A DNA stretch of 63,997 bases, filler included, from Cercozoa sp. M6MM (GCA_040357565.1; 11 parts of 11 records of this genome joined end to end with filler, not necessarily neighbours in it), one strand, 5' to 3'. Counted from the whole stretch's first letter, positions 1 through 16,200 are shown. The notes: generated from the letters alone by a model not told the origin. Numbers and translations are program-made.

Positions 1-743
1 CCCCCATGCAGTTGGCCCCGGAGTCGCCGCTGAACACGACCACCGAGACGGAACCGAGTGATGCGAGCGATCACGTCATCGAGAACGACCTGAGCGGTCA
101 TGCCACCGCGCGGAAGTCGAAGGGTAATGACACAGCCAGCATCACCGTCGCCGTGCGTCGTTCTTCTCTCGGCTGCATCGACGAGTCGCCGCTCGTTGCC
201 GTACCACAACTCTTCTTGACTGGCAACTCTGTCTATGTGTCTATGTGAGTGTCTATGTGTGTCTGTGATGTGTACGCAGTCTCCACGTCCCAGCAGTCCA
301 CGTCTTCTGATCGGTGCAGCGTGAAGCATGGCCCTATCTGCTTCCCTTCATCGGCGCCAGCCTTCGTTCGCTTATACTGACGTTTTTCAGTGAAAAGCAC
401 TAACTAAAAGAGGCTAGTCGTCTATTAGACGAAACGAAGGAATCTGAGTCAGTCTTGACCGGCGACGATATGTTACGAAACGAATTTTTCCGATCAGTCT
501 CTGAGTCCTGGGCTCCGCGCGGGAGAAAGTCACTCACGACCTCTCAACTAACAGCACTGAGAGCCTCTTTACGTCCCTCCTTCTTTCTCCTAACTATGCC
601 GGGCAAAACTGAATTACTAACAGGAGCACTAAATTAATATACAGACAACGCAATAAGTACTACAATGCATGTCGCGTAAGCTTTGCGTTGGTTCACGTCA
701 CCTCTTGTCGTGTCGATCCTGCGGGGGTCGAATTCCGAGTCGA

Positions 744-1749
744 TCAAAGTTGGGATTGCACACACGGATCCGAAGAGACTTTAAATCTGGGGGCATTGGC
801 AGACTGATCGTTACGAATCAAGGACCGATCCAACTCGAGGCAGAACTCGGCCAAAACACGGGCCGAAAAACCCCAGAGCGGCCCGTCATCATCCGCGATC
901 CACTGAGGGCCGCGCCACATGCCCATCTTGCCCTACAGTGGAGCACGTGTTCCTTGGTCAAACAGACACGGTAACTGAACATGGTACACGGGGGTCGTAG
1001 TGCTCGTCACTGAGCACGTGTGCCAGCGGAATCCGTACGACGTGCTGGACCTCCTTGGGATCGATGGCGAAGTCGCGGCACTCGCTGATGCCTACGAAGG
1101 CACTCACGCGCAGGAAGGAGCCGAAACTCAGAAAGGAGTGATCCAGCGCACGCAGCATTTCGACCTGCGAGGCTTCCACGCCGAGTTCCTAAACGCAAGC
1201 AACGCAACTGACCACCAAATCCCCTGGAGAACTTCGAGCTGGAAAGTAGCCAACCTCGTGCAACTCGCGCAAAGCGCAGTCAAGAAAACTGGCATCTTCA
1301 GGGTCCTTCTTGCCGCCCGGAAATGCGAGTTGCGACGCGTGATGTCTCAGTTTCGCCTGCATAAGAACAAGTCAAAGGCAAGTCAAGTCAAGTCACAGGC
1401 AAATCAGTTCAAGTCAGGTCAAGTCAGGTCAAGTCAGGTCAAGTCAGGTCAAGTCAGGTCAAGTCAGGTTAAGTCAAGTCAACTGACATTTTTCCGAAAG
1501 ACTACGAGGTCGACCGAGTCACCCTGCAGACTCGGCACCCACAGAATCGTCACGGCCGCATGGCCGCGCGGACGCATCTCAGGCTATCAGAAACCCTGCT
1601 GGAGGTAATAATCATAATAAAAATAAAACTACCGTGCCAGGTAAAAGTGGAGGCAAGGCGCTTTCGTCTTTAATCGCTTCGATCTCGGCAAACGCACTCC
1701 GAAGAACACCGCGCCATTCCGAAAATTTCGGGGCTTTGCCCACATGCAT
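744..1749 (-). CDS. CoA-pyrophosphatase-type Nudix hydrolase (NUDT7/NUDT8/Pcd1 family), multi-exon
   Basis: Manual splicing gives [36 protein letters not shown] (Nudix box preceded by the CoA-type FPGG motif), then EVQHVVRIPL and LWGFSARVL. ATG at 1749 is inferred. Confidence 0.85.
1369..1480. repeat. Pentamer tandem repeat (AAGTC/AGGTC)n inside a Nudix-gene intron
   Basis: Directly visible caagtcaggtcaagtc array. Confidence 0.95.
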
Positions 1750-1955
1750 TCTCAGTGATCGCAATACACTTCGGTGCATCTGCCAGTGTTGGTCGACCTC
1801 TTAAAACTCTGATAATGACTTAACGCTAGCAGCAGTTCTAACTAAAGCTTGCAGATGCATAAAACAAAAGATTTTTGTATCAACAGATGTATAGCCACTC
1901 TCAAGAAAACGTGATATCACAAGGCGTCTAAAACAGTGTAGAATGGTGGTGCCTT

Positions 1956-2710
1956 CTAACAGTCCGCAAGGCAAGATTCTGGAAGCCGCGCAGCAAGCGG
2001 CAACAGAGGTATATGGGAATTTTTCCTACTGTTCTGGCTCGTAAGGCACTTATTTGGATTGTGATCTAGCGCAAGATTGCTGAGGTAGCGGCACAGGCAC
2101 CGACTTTTGATGTCGATCTGGTGATTTGTGATTTTTGCGATTTCCTGTTGCTCTCTCATTTCAAAGCGTTGTCCAGGGCGGCTCGCCGGTGTGCGAGGTC
2201 AACGTGAACTTGCCTAAGGACATTCGAACGCGGCAGACCGAGTTCCGTGATGTAAGAAAGCAGTAGCATGCACAGAAGTTGAGCCGTGATTTTGTGCTTG
2301 TTTCGTTTGGACCAAGTTGGATGTGTCTGATTGAATTGCGACTCAGGTGGTCAAGTCGCTGCAGCACTGTGCCACGCTCGGCGAGTTGCAGCACGTCATG
2401 GTGGAGTCGTACCAGCAGCTGAGTTCGTGGCAACTGTTCGACTCGGTAGCTTTCTTTTCTTGCTACCAATCGACTTGCATCTCTCTCGCAGGTCAAGCTG
2501 AACACGAAACTCCGCAAGGGTGAAAAAGGCGATCAGGCACGCTCTCTGTTGATTTATACTTTCGGTCTGTATTTGTGTCAGTGTGTTTGACTGATGTAAG
2601 CAACCGAAAAAAGCGCAGGCACTGCGAGTCGACGTGGACGTCGAAGTCATCGAAAAACGCTTCGTGACGCTCGGTCCGTCGCTCTCGGCGGATTCCAACG
2701 TACGGCGTTG
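1956..2710 (-). CDS. 3' part of a hypothetical multi-exon protein (5' end lost at contig edge)
   Basis: Exon-like frames (VEQLPRTQLLVRLHHDVLQLAERG; HRRAALDNALKMREQQEIAK) separated by GT-AG segments; no family recognised. Confidence 0.4.
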
Positions 2711-2713
2711 TTT

Positions 2714-2813
2714 NNNNNNNNNNNNNNNNNNNNNNNNNNNNNNNNNNNNNNNNNNNNTTAATTAATTAANNNNNNNNNNNNNNNNNNNNNNNNNNNNNNN
2801 NNNNNNNNNNNNN
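2714..2813. other. Artificial contig linker N44-TTAATTAATTAA-N44 (also at about 6363, 9713, 12256, 15779, 23483, 49749, 52939, 58968, 61530)
   Basis: Identical stop-in-all-frames 12-mer flanked by Ns, occurring 10 times. Confidence 0.98.
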
Positions 2814-2920
2814 AAAGGGTAGGTAAAGGGTAGGGAAAAGGGCAGGGAAAAGGGTAGGGAAAAGGGTAGGGAAAAGGGCAGGGAAAAGGGTAGGGAAAAT
2901 GCTAGGGTAAAAGGTTAAAG
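2814..2920. repeat. G-rich 12-bp tandem repeat (AAAAGGG[T/C]AGGG)n, intronic, G-quadruplex-prone
   Basis: Directly visible at the contig start. Confidence 0.85.
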
Positions 2921-2924
2921 GAAG

Positions 2925-6345
<3,421 letters not shown>

Positions 6346-6837
6346 CTACGGGGGGGGGGGGGNNNNNNNNNNNNNNNNNNNNNNNNNNNNNNNNNNNNNN
6401 NNNNNNTTAATTAATTAANNNNNNNNNNNNNNNNNNNNNNNNNNNNNNNNNNNNNNNNNNNNCTCAGCCGAGAGCTGGGCATCGACGCCGAAGACATGGC
6501 CATCCTCAACTGCCAGGAAATCTGGGGCACTTTCCCAGATTTCCGAGGATGGCTCATGGCCAACCCCCTACGGATCCTGACCCCCGGCAGCAAATCCTTG
6601 TACGCCAACAATAGGTTCCCGGAAAACCAATCTAACGGCACTTTTGTCTGTTTGGAATTATTTTGAATGATAAAAACCGAATAGATTTTTCGCTTCGCTC
6701 AGCATGCGCGCGGATTGCTTTCTTCAACTTTATTTCGTACTTGCCTGTGTACATCTATGCCGGAGGACGATTGACGACAAGTTAGACGGAGCGACAGTCT
6801 GCTGGCTCCAAGTTTTCGACAGGACCTAAGCTGGTGG

Positions 6838-9491
6838 ATGTTTAGCGAGGACGCATTTCGCTCAATTCTGGGCAGTGATGACTCGGAGCTTGATATTTCA
6901 GTGTCAGAGGAAAAAACGCCGACTCCTGCTGCAGTTACAAACAAGCCACAGACGGTGTTGCGTAGTGCGGTGATACCGCCTCAAAGAGAAACGAGTTCTG
7001 TACGTGAAGCTTCGCAAAAGGAACCACCAGAGACGACGGCGACATCAGACGGCACACCGGAAACCAAGCAGAAGAACACAGAAAGACGAACGTCTTCCTT
7101 TGGTCTGTCTGCGCGCGATTTTGACTTCGGTGATGCAGACGACTTGCTTGGACTGAGTGACAGCCCAGAAGAAGAACAGGAGGCACACGCTGAGACAGAC
7201 GCGGCACAGATGCCTAGGGCTACTGGAGAGACAGCGAAAGTTATGCCCGGGATCGTGCCGCACACGAAAGCAGCTTCCATCGTGCACTTCGGCAACGTCA
7301 CCACACATGTCATTGATCACTCACGCCCACCAGCACACAAAAACTTGCCGTCTGCTCCGTTGCTTACTTCGGAGGCGAGTCTCACGGCCCCAAACGACCG
7401 CCGAACGGAGGCCCCTCTGTCTTCGGTGTCATCAGACGAAATAAATGTCTCTACAGCCGCACCAACGCAAGCAACGAAGGTTCCAACTTCGCCTGCGGTG
7501 ATTCAAAGCCGGTCGAGGTCAGCCAACCTCTTGCCAACTCAAACCAGCACGAAGTCTGCAACAACGTCGAACGAGCCAATGGAGAAATTACTTCGTGAGA
7601 TCTCAGCGCTGGGTGACGTAAAGAAGTCGCTTCAGTCTCTAATATCTTCTGTGACAGCGCTACGAAGCGACGACTCGCAAGTGCGCGCTGTCCAAAAGTT
7701 GATCAATGAAATGCGAATACACGAACAAAGTGCCAAGCTCATGCAAACAGAGCCACTGTACGAAGCTGTTGCCGCGCTTCGAACACAGCAAGCAGAGCAC
7801 CGCAACTCGCAACTTTCGGCAACTCAGGCACTTATTGACTTGAGAGAAGAGGTACAATTTACGTTGATAAGCAAACGGTTTTGTGTTGCACCAGAAGTAA
7901 ATCAATAACGGGGTAGTTTGGAGGTGCAGGTCAGACGCGAGTGCGCAGAACTTGCAGCAGAACAGAGCGCTTTGCGCGATGAGAGACGATTGCTAGGACA
8001 CAAAAGGGAGCAACTGATGAAAGATGAAGAAGCCATGCGACGCTCACTCAATGAACAGCGCTATGCATGGCAACGCGAGTGTCGCCGCACCGAGGCAGAG
8101 CACGCATGTACACTCAGACAGGCACATGAAGCGATCCGGCAAGCCGAAGCGCAGGCACAGCAGGCGCGTGCACAGGCAGTTGAATGGGAAGCTCGCAAGC
8201 AACAGCTACAACAAGAAGTAGCCTCGCTGACTGACGAATGCCAAAAGCGACGGACTGAAGCTGCGCAACTCCAGTACGATATCTGTTGTGTATGGTCAGG
8301 GTATGTGTAAAGTTATATATTGGACTCAACGTGAAACTTCTTGCACTTGCACAGACGCGAACTCGACTCAATTCAAAACGAAAGTGCTCGCGAGAGACAA
8401 GAGCTCGTACTTGACGTAGATAATGTGCAGAAACAGAGCCAGTCGGTGTCACTAGCGGCTGAGCAAGTGAGATACCAAATGCAAGCGGTGCGCCTAGCAC
8501 AAAGACATTTGAAACAACAACGGACACTGCTTCAGCGAAGGCAAAGCCTTCTTGTCAAGGCAGCTTCGGACATAGGCAAACAAGCAGAGCAGCTTCGTCT
8601 GGCGAGACATCAGTTATTGCGAGAGCGAACACAGCTCGAACAGTTGCAACTGAAGGCAGACGAGACTACGATACAAAAGCCAGATCAAACTCGCGCAACT
8701 GTGACACTGGCAGCAGTACAACGAAAACGGAAACCAAGACTTAAATCAGTCGCTGCACCTCAGGCTGGCCAAACAAACACTGCGGTGCAAGAATTGACTC
8801 AGAAACTGCAACACCTGCAACAACTGCAGCATTTCTCTGGGCAGTTCTTGCGAGCAACTGCCTCAAAGGACTCTCTGAGTGCCGTCTCGACGCAGACAGT
8901 TGATGTACCTCTTGTTGCTGCAGCACGTCGACTGTACAGCGAGACTCTAAAGATAGGGGCTTCTGCGGCAGTGCACAACACGGACTACACACGAAGCAAC
9001 GAAGGAGACAGCTCTGCTCTCAAGGCATCATCGCCGACAGGTGCGCCATCTGTCAGATTGCTTCGTCGCAAGGATGAGCTTGCTACGCCACTCGAGCTGG
9101 AATTGCAAGCGGCTATGCCAGCTTCGCCGCACTCAATCGACAGCGACCACAGCGACTTCAGTCTGCACAGTGAAATTCACAGTGGCAGCATTCACAGCTT
9201 ACGCAGCCAGAACACAATTGCAAACAACAATGCCCGCCCAGTGAAAAGCGATGAAAAGGATGTGGTGAGCGAGTTGAGTTTCGGCGAACTGTTGGGCCTT
9301 TCCAATTCTGCGCACAGTGACATCACATCAGAGTCCTCAGCTCTGAAACAAGATGCCTCCCATGGTCAGGAAAAGTCGTCTTTCCAAGTACCATGTTTCT
9401 TTCATGTCGACATATGCTTGCGATGGTTCTGCAATGGAGCAACTATCAGGAAGCAATGGCCCGTGCGCGTTCTCTTCTTGCATCGAACTGA
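6838..9491 (+). CDS. Large hypothetical protein: low-complexity N-terminus plus long Q/E/R coiled coil (architecture loosely reminiscent of centriolar FBF1)
   Basis: Three long ORFs (356, 130, 387 aa) joined by short GT-AG introns; final exon EAMARARSLLASN* ends at 9491. The family assignment is speculative. Confidence 0.7.
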
Positions 9492-9814
9492 CTTAGTCAG
9501 GTAGCTTCTAAGCCTGTGCAATTTGAAGATGTCAACCCGGCGAACTGTCCCTCTGCAGTCCGATCGGATCGTGCTGGCTGAAGCGAGATGGCCTGCCAAG
9601 GATCGGCGACAAACGAACGAAAGTCCGTCGTTGAATGAACAGAAAACGAAGGTTGTGAAGGGCTGCTAGGGATATGGCGGGGTTTTCGAGACAAAACCGA
9701 ACCCCCCCCCCCNNNNNNNNNNNNNNNNNNNNNNNNNNNNNNNNNNNNNNNNNNNNTTAATTAATTAANNNNNNNNNNNNNNNNNNNNNNNNNNNNNNNN
9801 NNNNNNNNNNNNCC

Positions 9815-10028
9815 GTGTATATGTGTATGGATATATGTGTATGTTTGTCTGGATATGTGTCTGTATGTATATGTGTGTCTGTATGTATAGATGTGTCTGT
9901 ATGTATATGTGTGCCTGTAGGTGTATATGTGCCTGTATGTATATATGTGTCTGTATGTATATGTGTGTCTGTATGTATATGTGTGTCTGTATGTATATAT
10001 GTTTCGGTGTGGATGTATGTGTATGTAC
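9815..10028. repeat. 18-bp minisatellite (about TGTATGTATATGTGTGTC)n, intronic
   Basis: Visible periodicity (HIHTDT / QTHIYI in the translations). Confidence 0.9.
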
Positions 10029-10030
10029 AG

Positions 10031-10512
10031 ACGAGACAGAGCATGCGACGTTGTCGTTCAATCGCGTGTCGCAGCGCAAGGAGACTGGTCAGATCAACGA
10101 CGACGATGATTTCGACTACGACTACGACGACGACAGCGGCGCTCTCTACTCGGAGCAGCCGCTGCTACTCAACACTACGCCGACTGCTGCCTCCTCCACC
10201 GACGCCGATGTCGACTGCTGCCATGTATACTCTCTCTGGGGGGAGGGTCTCAATACACGAGGCTAATATACGAGGCTAAAGGAGGCTAATAAAGGATGCT
10301 AATAAAGGGGGAAAAGACCTACCAATGTGCTGTGTTGGCAGAACCTCCGCGAGCAGTGGAAGACTGGCCTGCGACGCTTCGACCGTCGTCTGATGCAGCC
10401 CGTGTTTGGCGGTCCCAACGACTCCGAAGGCGACGGCGTGGCCACGGCGCCTTCCGCCGATCCCTTCGGCACGCAGCAGCGCGCTGCCGATCAGACCGGC
10501 CTCACTATTTAG
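10031..10512 (+). CDS. C-terminal exons of a probable CPA1 Na+/H+ exchanger (NHX/NHE-like)
   Basis: Last exon WKTGLRRFDRRLMQPVFGG resembles the conserved NHX tail W..FD..FMRPVFGG; an acidic cytosolic segment precedes it. Confidence 0.6.
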
Positions 10513-10529
10513 AAGACACGACACAGGCA

Positions 10530-10890
10530 TGTTCTGCATGAACTACCGCGCATGAACTACCGCGCCGTGCGCTACTGTGTTACGGCATAGCGTTTCTCAA
10601 CCAGTCAAGTTGTCATATGACTACTCGTCAGCGCGGACGATCAAATCTAAACCAGGATGGTTAATAGTGAAGGATTTCTTTTGCTAGGTACTGTATCTCC
10701 TGCATGACATACTGAGGCTTCTAGCATCGACGCCATTCTAATTGAGGTTTTACATCTTTATTTAGTCGTCTTCAATACCTTAGTTCCTGGTTTCCATACC
10801 GTAACAACTGTGTCCGCGAAGCTATCCTAAAACCGCAACAGATGTGGTTCGCTGAGATGCTCTGGGACAACTTTTGCAGCTGAACTCAAC
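10530..10890 (+). mobile_element. Degenerate repeat family A copy (solo-LTR-like) interrupted by a family B insertion
   Basis: TGTTCTGCATGAACTAC...CTACTG | TGTCCGCG-AAGC...TTTTGCAGCTGAACTCAA matches the family A copy at 41676. Confidence 0.7.
10578..10806 (+). mobile_element. Repeat family B, internally deleted copy, TSD ACTG
   Basis: Starts TGTTACGGCAT and ends ATACCGTAACA; ACTG is duplicated at 10574-10577 and 10807-10810; colinear with the copies at 33.5 kb and 41.6-42.7 kb. Confidence 0.9.
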
Positions 10891-11205
10891 CGCGCGGCGA
10901 GGAAACCAACTGCGCTGGCATGGCTCTTCCCAGTGCTCAAAGAACCGCATAATCTGAGTCAGTCTGCAACAGTACTAGCCAAGTTGTGGGAATTACCATG
11001 CAATTTTGGACACATGTGGCTGGTCATTAAAATACGTAATTTAATCATCTCCGAGTCAACTGTCGGGGATACAATGCTTGCAGTTCCGCGCGGTTTCGAA
11101 GTCGACCAAATATTCCAAAAACCAAAACAGCTCGAACAAGAGCACTAGCACGATCCTTTGGCGCACTGTATTCGCCAGACCGAGCGTCGAACGTTTCTGA
11201 CTGAG

Positions 11206-12003
11206 ATGCTGAGTTTATTGGTAAAGGGGAAGGGCTGAACTGGCGCTGCAATACTCCAATGAATCGGATTTAGCTTGTTTGGTTTGGTTTGCAGGTCCTA
11301 ATGGCAGCTCTGTCTCTCGCAATCAGTTTTGCGGTGCAAGCGTGCACAATACCTGATTCACTCAAGCGAGAATCATTGTTTCCTGTCAATAATGACATTC
11401 AGGTAAGTTTGCGCTTTCACGTTCTTACTATTTTCAATCATTCATTCGACTCCTGACAGCTACGGATCGGAGCTACTGAAATGTGGCTTACAGCGGATCT
11501 TACCGTCGAAGTGGCGTATACTCTGCTGACGGAGGCGCTGGGTAAGAGCATTGGCACGGTTTCAACTGAGTTTATGCACTTCTTTGAGAAGGGTTTCAAG
11601 CTGTGCGTGTGCCCTTTGACTATGGTACTCGCGACCACGCGTTCGCTTTATTTAGATCATCAAATTTGCGTATTGACAGACAAATACAAATATCCCGACG
11701 ATATATTTGCTCAAGTCGCGAGTGGGTTTGTTAACTTTAGCAGTAAAGGAGGCGTGTTTCTGACAATGACACGTAGCATTTGCAATCAGCTACATTGACA
11801 TTAACCTCGAGGTGTGGCCGCAAGATCACCCCGGTAAAATTCAAGAGTTCGTGATTGACAAAGGAACCGTCGACTATGGTTCTTTGGTGAGATTCAATTC
11901 ACGCCTTAATACATCTAAATGTAATGTAATACAGACTAATGTAGGGGTTTATTGGGTCTTCGGGACTCTATTACCCATCGCAACTAGATGTGAGCCATCC
12001 TGA
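11206..12003 (+). CDS. Signal-peptide protein with a ProX/OpuAC-like (glycine-betaine-type PBP2) solute-binding domain, probably truncated
   Basis: Spliced MLSLLVLMAALSLAISFAVQAC... then WLTADLTVEVAYTLLTEALG, DIFAQVASG, EVWP and FVIDKGTVDYGSL, in the motif order of ProX/OpuAC proteins. Recognised by eye only. Confidence 0.5.
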
Positions 12004-12204
12004 AATCATCCTGGGTAAAGTGACTGGTTTTCCGAATGGTTGAAAGTATAATCGTCGTCTTGGAACTTGCGCAGAAAACTACAGAGGCTTCCTGCTAGCT
12101 TCGAATGTCTCTGACTTGTTTGAGCCGGACTCGGCATATCAAGGAGATCCCACTCTCTGCACTGAGGAGCTCGGGTGTATCGGTGGAAAATGGTACACAC
12201 ACAC

Positions 12205-12255
<51 letters not shown>

Positions 12256-12370
12256 NNNNNNNNNNNNNNNNNNNNNNNNNNNNNNNNNNNNNNNNNNNNT
12301 TAATTAATTAANNNNNNNNNNNNNNNNNNNNNNNNNNNNNNNNNNNNNNNNNNNNGTGTACTTTGGACTC

Positions 12371-15300
12371 ACCGTACCTCACCTGAGAGGGGAGGGGGGT
12401 AGGGTGGTAAAGGAGGACGGGGGGGGGGGGCGAGGGTCTTTTTACCAGTCGCTCAAAGAGCGAGACCTGGTAGCCACGCTCGCAGCACGCCGACGACAGC
12501 AGCGTCGCGCGCAGCTGCTTCGGGTCGCCCACCAGCACACAGCGCGCCTCGCGTCCCTACCCAGGGGGGTAAAACGATGTGTGTGTGTGTGTGGTGTGTG
12601 GTGTGTGGTGTGTGTGTGTGTGTGTGGGGGGGGGGGGTAAGAGACTACCGCAACTTGCCGCATGGGCACCCACGTTGACGGTTCGCTGGCCTGACACGCT
12701 TCGTCCACGAGCAGCAGCGAGAAAGTCCTGTCAACCAGGGGGGTAAAGAGGGGGGTAAAGGGGGGTGGAACGCTACCCAGAGCCATGGCCGCCGGCGCGG
12801 TCAAAGTCGTCGCCGATGTGAGCCTGCGACACATGCCGCTGCACGCCGCCGTCGCTGCCGCCGTCCTCGCTGTCGCTGTCGTCCTGCACGCCCGCGCGGA
12901 GATCACGCACTTTCTCCTCGCCGTACTATCCGCGCGGACACAACCACATACCATGCGACAAATACACACACAGTCCGCGCGGATGTACCTTGGGCAGCGG
13001 CACCTGCGACAGCAGCGAGCTGCCGCTGCCGCTCAGCGTGGTCACCACGACGCGCGCGCGCTGCACCAGCACTTGCCGCAGACGGTCCTGCCAGGGGGGG
13101 GGGGGGGGAAAGAAACGGCGGGGGGGGGGCTAAAAACCGAGGGGGAGGGGGCAAAGGACTAAGAGCTACCATGACGGGCGACTGCGCCGAAAGCGAGCGC
13201 TGTTGCGAAACTTCGGCGTCAAGTTTCTCTCGCTCCGCCAGCACACGTTTCATTCGCTGCATGTGATTAAGCGTGCGTTCTCAGGGTACTAATGGATTGT
13301 TAAATGTACCTTGGCCAGACGCGAGTTGGACTCGCCCGGCAGACGCTGCAGTTCGTCGGCGCGCGTCAGCAAAGCGCGCCGCACCACCACGGCCTCCTTG
13401 CCAAAGAGTCCCTGCCGCACGGGGATAAAGGAGGGAGCCGGGGGGGGGGGGGGGGCGGGGGTAAAGAAGCGTACCGACGCCACAAGCTGCTGCGTGCGCA
13501 CGTCGAGATTCAACTGATCGGCCAGCTCAACCTTCTCCTTGGCGGCCGCCGACCGAGTTCCCACACGAACAACATCGGCCTGGAACAACAGAAACTAAAA
13601 GACCCACAGACACACCTATGACGGTCGCAGAGACTCAGTACCCGTGCAATGACACGTGCCACAGTCTCCGCCAGCACGGACATCTCCTGGAGGTCAAGCC
13701 CAATTATTGTATTTCTGAGAAGCGCATGGACAAAGCACACCTTTCCTTCCACAGACGCGCGGAGCAGAGTCTTGACACGCTCGCTTGACCTGTGCAGTTT
13801 AGTTCGCCAAAAACATCCCAAATGCATCCCTCACACCAGCTGAACTGAAAACTGGCACGCTACGCCTGCGAGTCTTGCAGTTCTCGAGGTGAGCAGCCCT
13901 GCAACAGGCCGCTGAGCGCCTGCGAAAACTTGGCCGCCAGCGAGTCGGCAGCCGCATTGGACGGTGCACACACCAGCACTCGCTTCTGCTCCCAGTAAAA
14001 CCCCTTCCACTCTCAGTTCGTTATTTCTCAGACACGCTTGCTTAAAGAGGCGTTACATCAGGGTAGCGAGCCAAAAAAGCTGCCGTCACGCCAACGATCG
14101 TTGTAGACTTGCCTGTACCGGGTGGTCCTTGCACTAGATGCACGCCACGCCGCCTGGTTTTTCGGAGTTTCGGCATTTTGCAAAAGACCAAAACGATTTG
14201 GCGCGAATAAAAAATGTACCGCAAGACCGAGCGCACGACATGCCGCTGTGACTCGTTGAGACTAAGCGATTTTGGCAGTTTCTTGGCCTAGCAAACGTAT
14301 CAGTACAGTTATGGCACAGCTTTGCACACACTCAGACTGGCAAACAAACTGTGTTGTACCTCAGCATGAAAGCGGCGTTTTGTGTCATCACACAGGACTT
14401 CCACGGTGTCGTCATGACTGCGGGGGGGGGGAAGAGGGTAAAGGGGCAGGGGGAGTTAAGGGAGGGGTAAGTAGAGTACTCGTCAGTGACAAAAGGCGTA
14501 TGCAAATGCGGTGGCAAATGATCGCGCAGACGTTTCTCGAAGCGTCGCACTGAGCACAAAGCAGATACACCCCCTTTAACCCTCTCCCCTATGCCTTCCA
14601 TACTCCGCCCATCTCACCCCCTACCTAGATTGCGCCCACGTCGCAACACGCGGTAGCGTTCCTCCTGCGACACCTGCTGCAGCTGTGAAAACCTCACTCG
14701 GCGGCCTTGCTTCTACGGGGTAGGGGTAGGGGTAAAGGTGGGGGGTCGCCACACGGGGGCGGGGGGGGGGGGGTAAAGGGGGTAAAGGGGTAGGGGGGTA
14801 AGCGCGTACCCTCACAGTGAGCGCACGTTCCGACAGCGCGTCGAAGAGAATCTCGTCGTCCTCCCGACACGTGTCCTGCGCACACGTGTCCTCAGTCACA
14901 ACTGCGTGGTCACCCAGCCCACGTGGTCACCCACTAAGTGGTCACCCAGCCCACGTGGTCACCCACTAAGTGGTCACCCAGCCCACGTGGTCACCCACTA
15001 AGTGGTCACATACACTGGTGCCAAAGTTGCGACGGTACAACGGCGGCAGTTCCTTCCGTGGCACCTGTCTCGGGGGGGGGGGGCTGAGGGGGGGAGCGCG
15101 GGGGACACCCGCCGGGAGGAAAGGGGGGGTAAAGTCTACCATCTGCGCCACTACACGCGACGACATGAGCGACGACGCGAAGCTGTCGGGGGGGGGGGGT
15201 AAAAGGGGGGCAAAGGGGGGCAAGGGGGGTAAAAACCAAGTGCTTGGCGCATCAAAGATCGCACTGATTTCGCGCAGAGCTGTCCACTCAACATTGTAGC

Positions 15301-15525
15301 CACTCAACATTGTAGCCATCCAACATTGTAGCCACCCAGAATTGTAGCCACACAGAAAAAGTACCGGTAGTTAGCGACGTCACTTTGAGTATGCGCACTG
15401 AGTCGGGAATCGACGCCTTCTACACACAGGGGGGGGGGGGGGGCGGGGGGGGGGAGGGGGGTAAAGGCCAAGGTACGTATCGCGAATGCACGCGAACCGT
15501 CATCTGCGCCTCTTGCTGCGTCCGA
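12371..15525 (-). CDS. SEN1/senataxin-like (Upf1-type SF1B) helicase, internal fragment, multi-exon
   Basis: VHLVQGPPGTGKSTTIVG; VLVCAPSNAAAD; RVVVTTLSGSGS; LLVDEACQASEPSTWVPM; LVGDPKQLRAT; GYQVSLFERL. Confidence 0.9.
14906..15009. repeat. 32-bp tandem repeat GTGGTCACCCAGCCCACGTGGTCACCCACTAA, about 3 copies, intronic
   Basis: Directly visible. Confidence 0.95.
15287..15351. repeat. About 16-bp tandem repeat (CAACATTGTAGCCAC) x4 at an intron/exon junction
   Basis: Directly visible. Confidence 0.9.
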
Positions 15526-16200
15526 CAACAAACACAACAACAAAACACATACACACAACAAAAAACAACAACACACACAAAAAACAACAACAGACAACAA
15601 AAAACAAAAAACAACAAAAAACAACAACAGACAACAAAAAACAACAACAGACAAGAAAAGACAACAGACGACAAAAAACAACAAGAAAAAACAACAAGAA
15701 AAAACAACAAAAAAGAAACAACAAAAAGAAACAACAGAAAAGAAACAACAGAAAAAACAACAAGAAAAAACAAAAACANNNNNNNNNNNNNNNNNNNNNN
15801 NNNNNNNNNNNNNNNNNNNNNNTTAATTAATTAANNNNNNNNNNNNNNNNNNNNNNNNNNNNNNNNNNNNNNNNNNNNAAGAACCCACATTGGTGAACTC
15901 GGAGTGCACCGCCTTCAGTTCGCGTTCCGTCGCCTGCAACACACTCCAACTCAAACGACAACACGAGAAACAACAAACAAACAAAAAAACAACAAACAAA
16001 CAAAAAAACAACAAACAGAACAAAAAAACAACAAACAAGAAAAAACAACAAACAGAACAAGGAAAACAACAAACAGAAAAAAACAACAAAAGAACAAGGA
16101 AAAACAACAAACAAACAAAAAAAAACAACAAAAAGAACAAACAGAACAAAAAACAACAAAACAGAAAAACAACAAACAGAACAAAAAAAACAACAACAAA
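15525..16200. repeat. (CAA/AAAC)-type low-complexity intron expansions on both sides of a contig linker
   Basis: A/C-rich tracts at 15525-15778 and 15953-16200. Confidence 0.9.

Noticed and set aside
2714-2813. Recurrent TTAATTAATTAA palindrome
   Set aside because: Always embedded in fixed-length N runs, so it is an artificial contig linker. Adjacency across linkers carries no biological meaning.
2814-2920. Possible telomere at the contig end
   Set aside because: The unit is not TTAGGG/TTTAGGG-like and lies within an intron of the helicase gene; the same dialect recurs in internal introns.
14906-15009. CRISPR-like 32-bp repeats
   Set aside because: Head-to-tail with no unique spacers, intronic, eukaryotic context, no cas genes.
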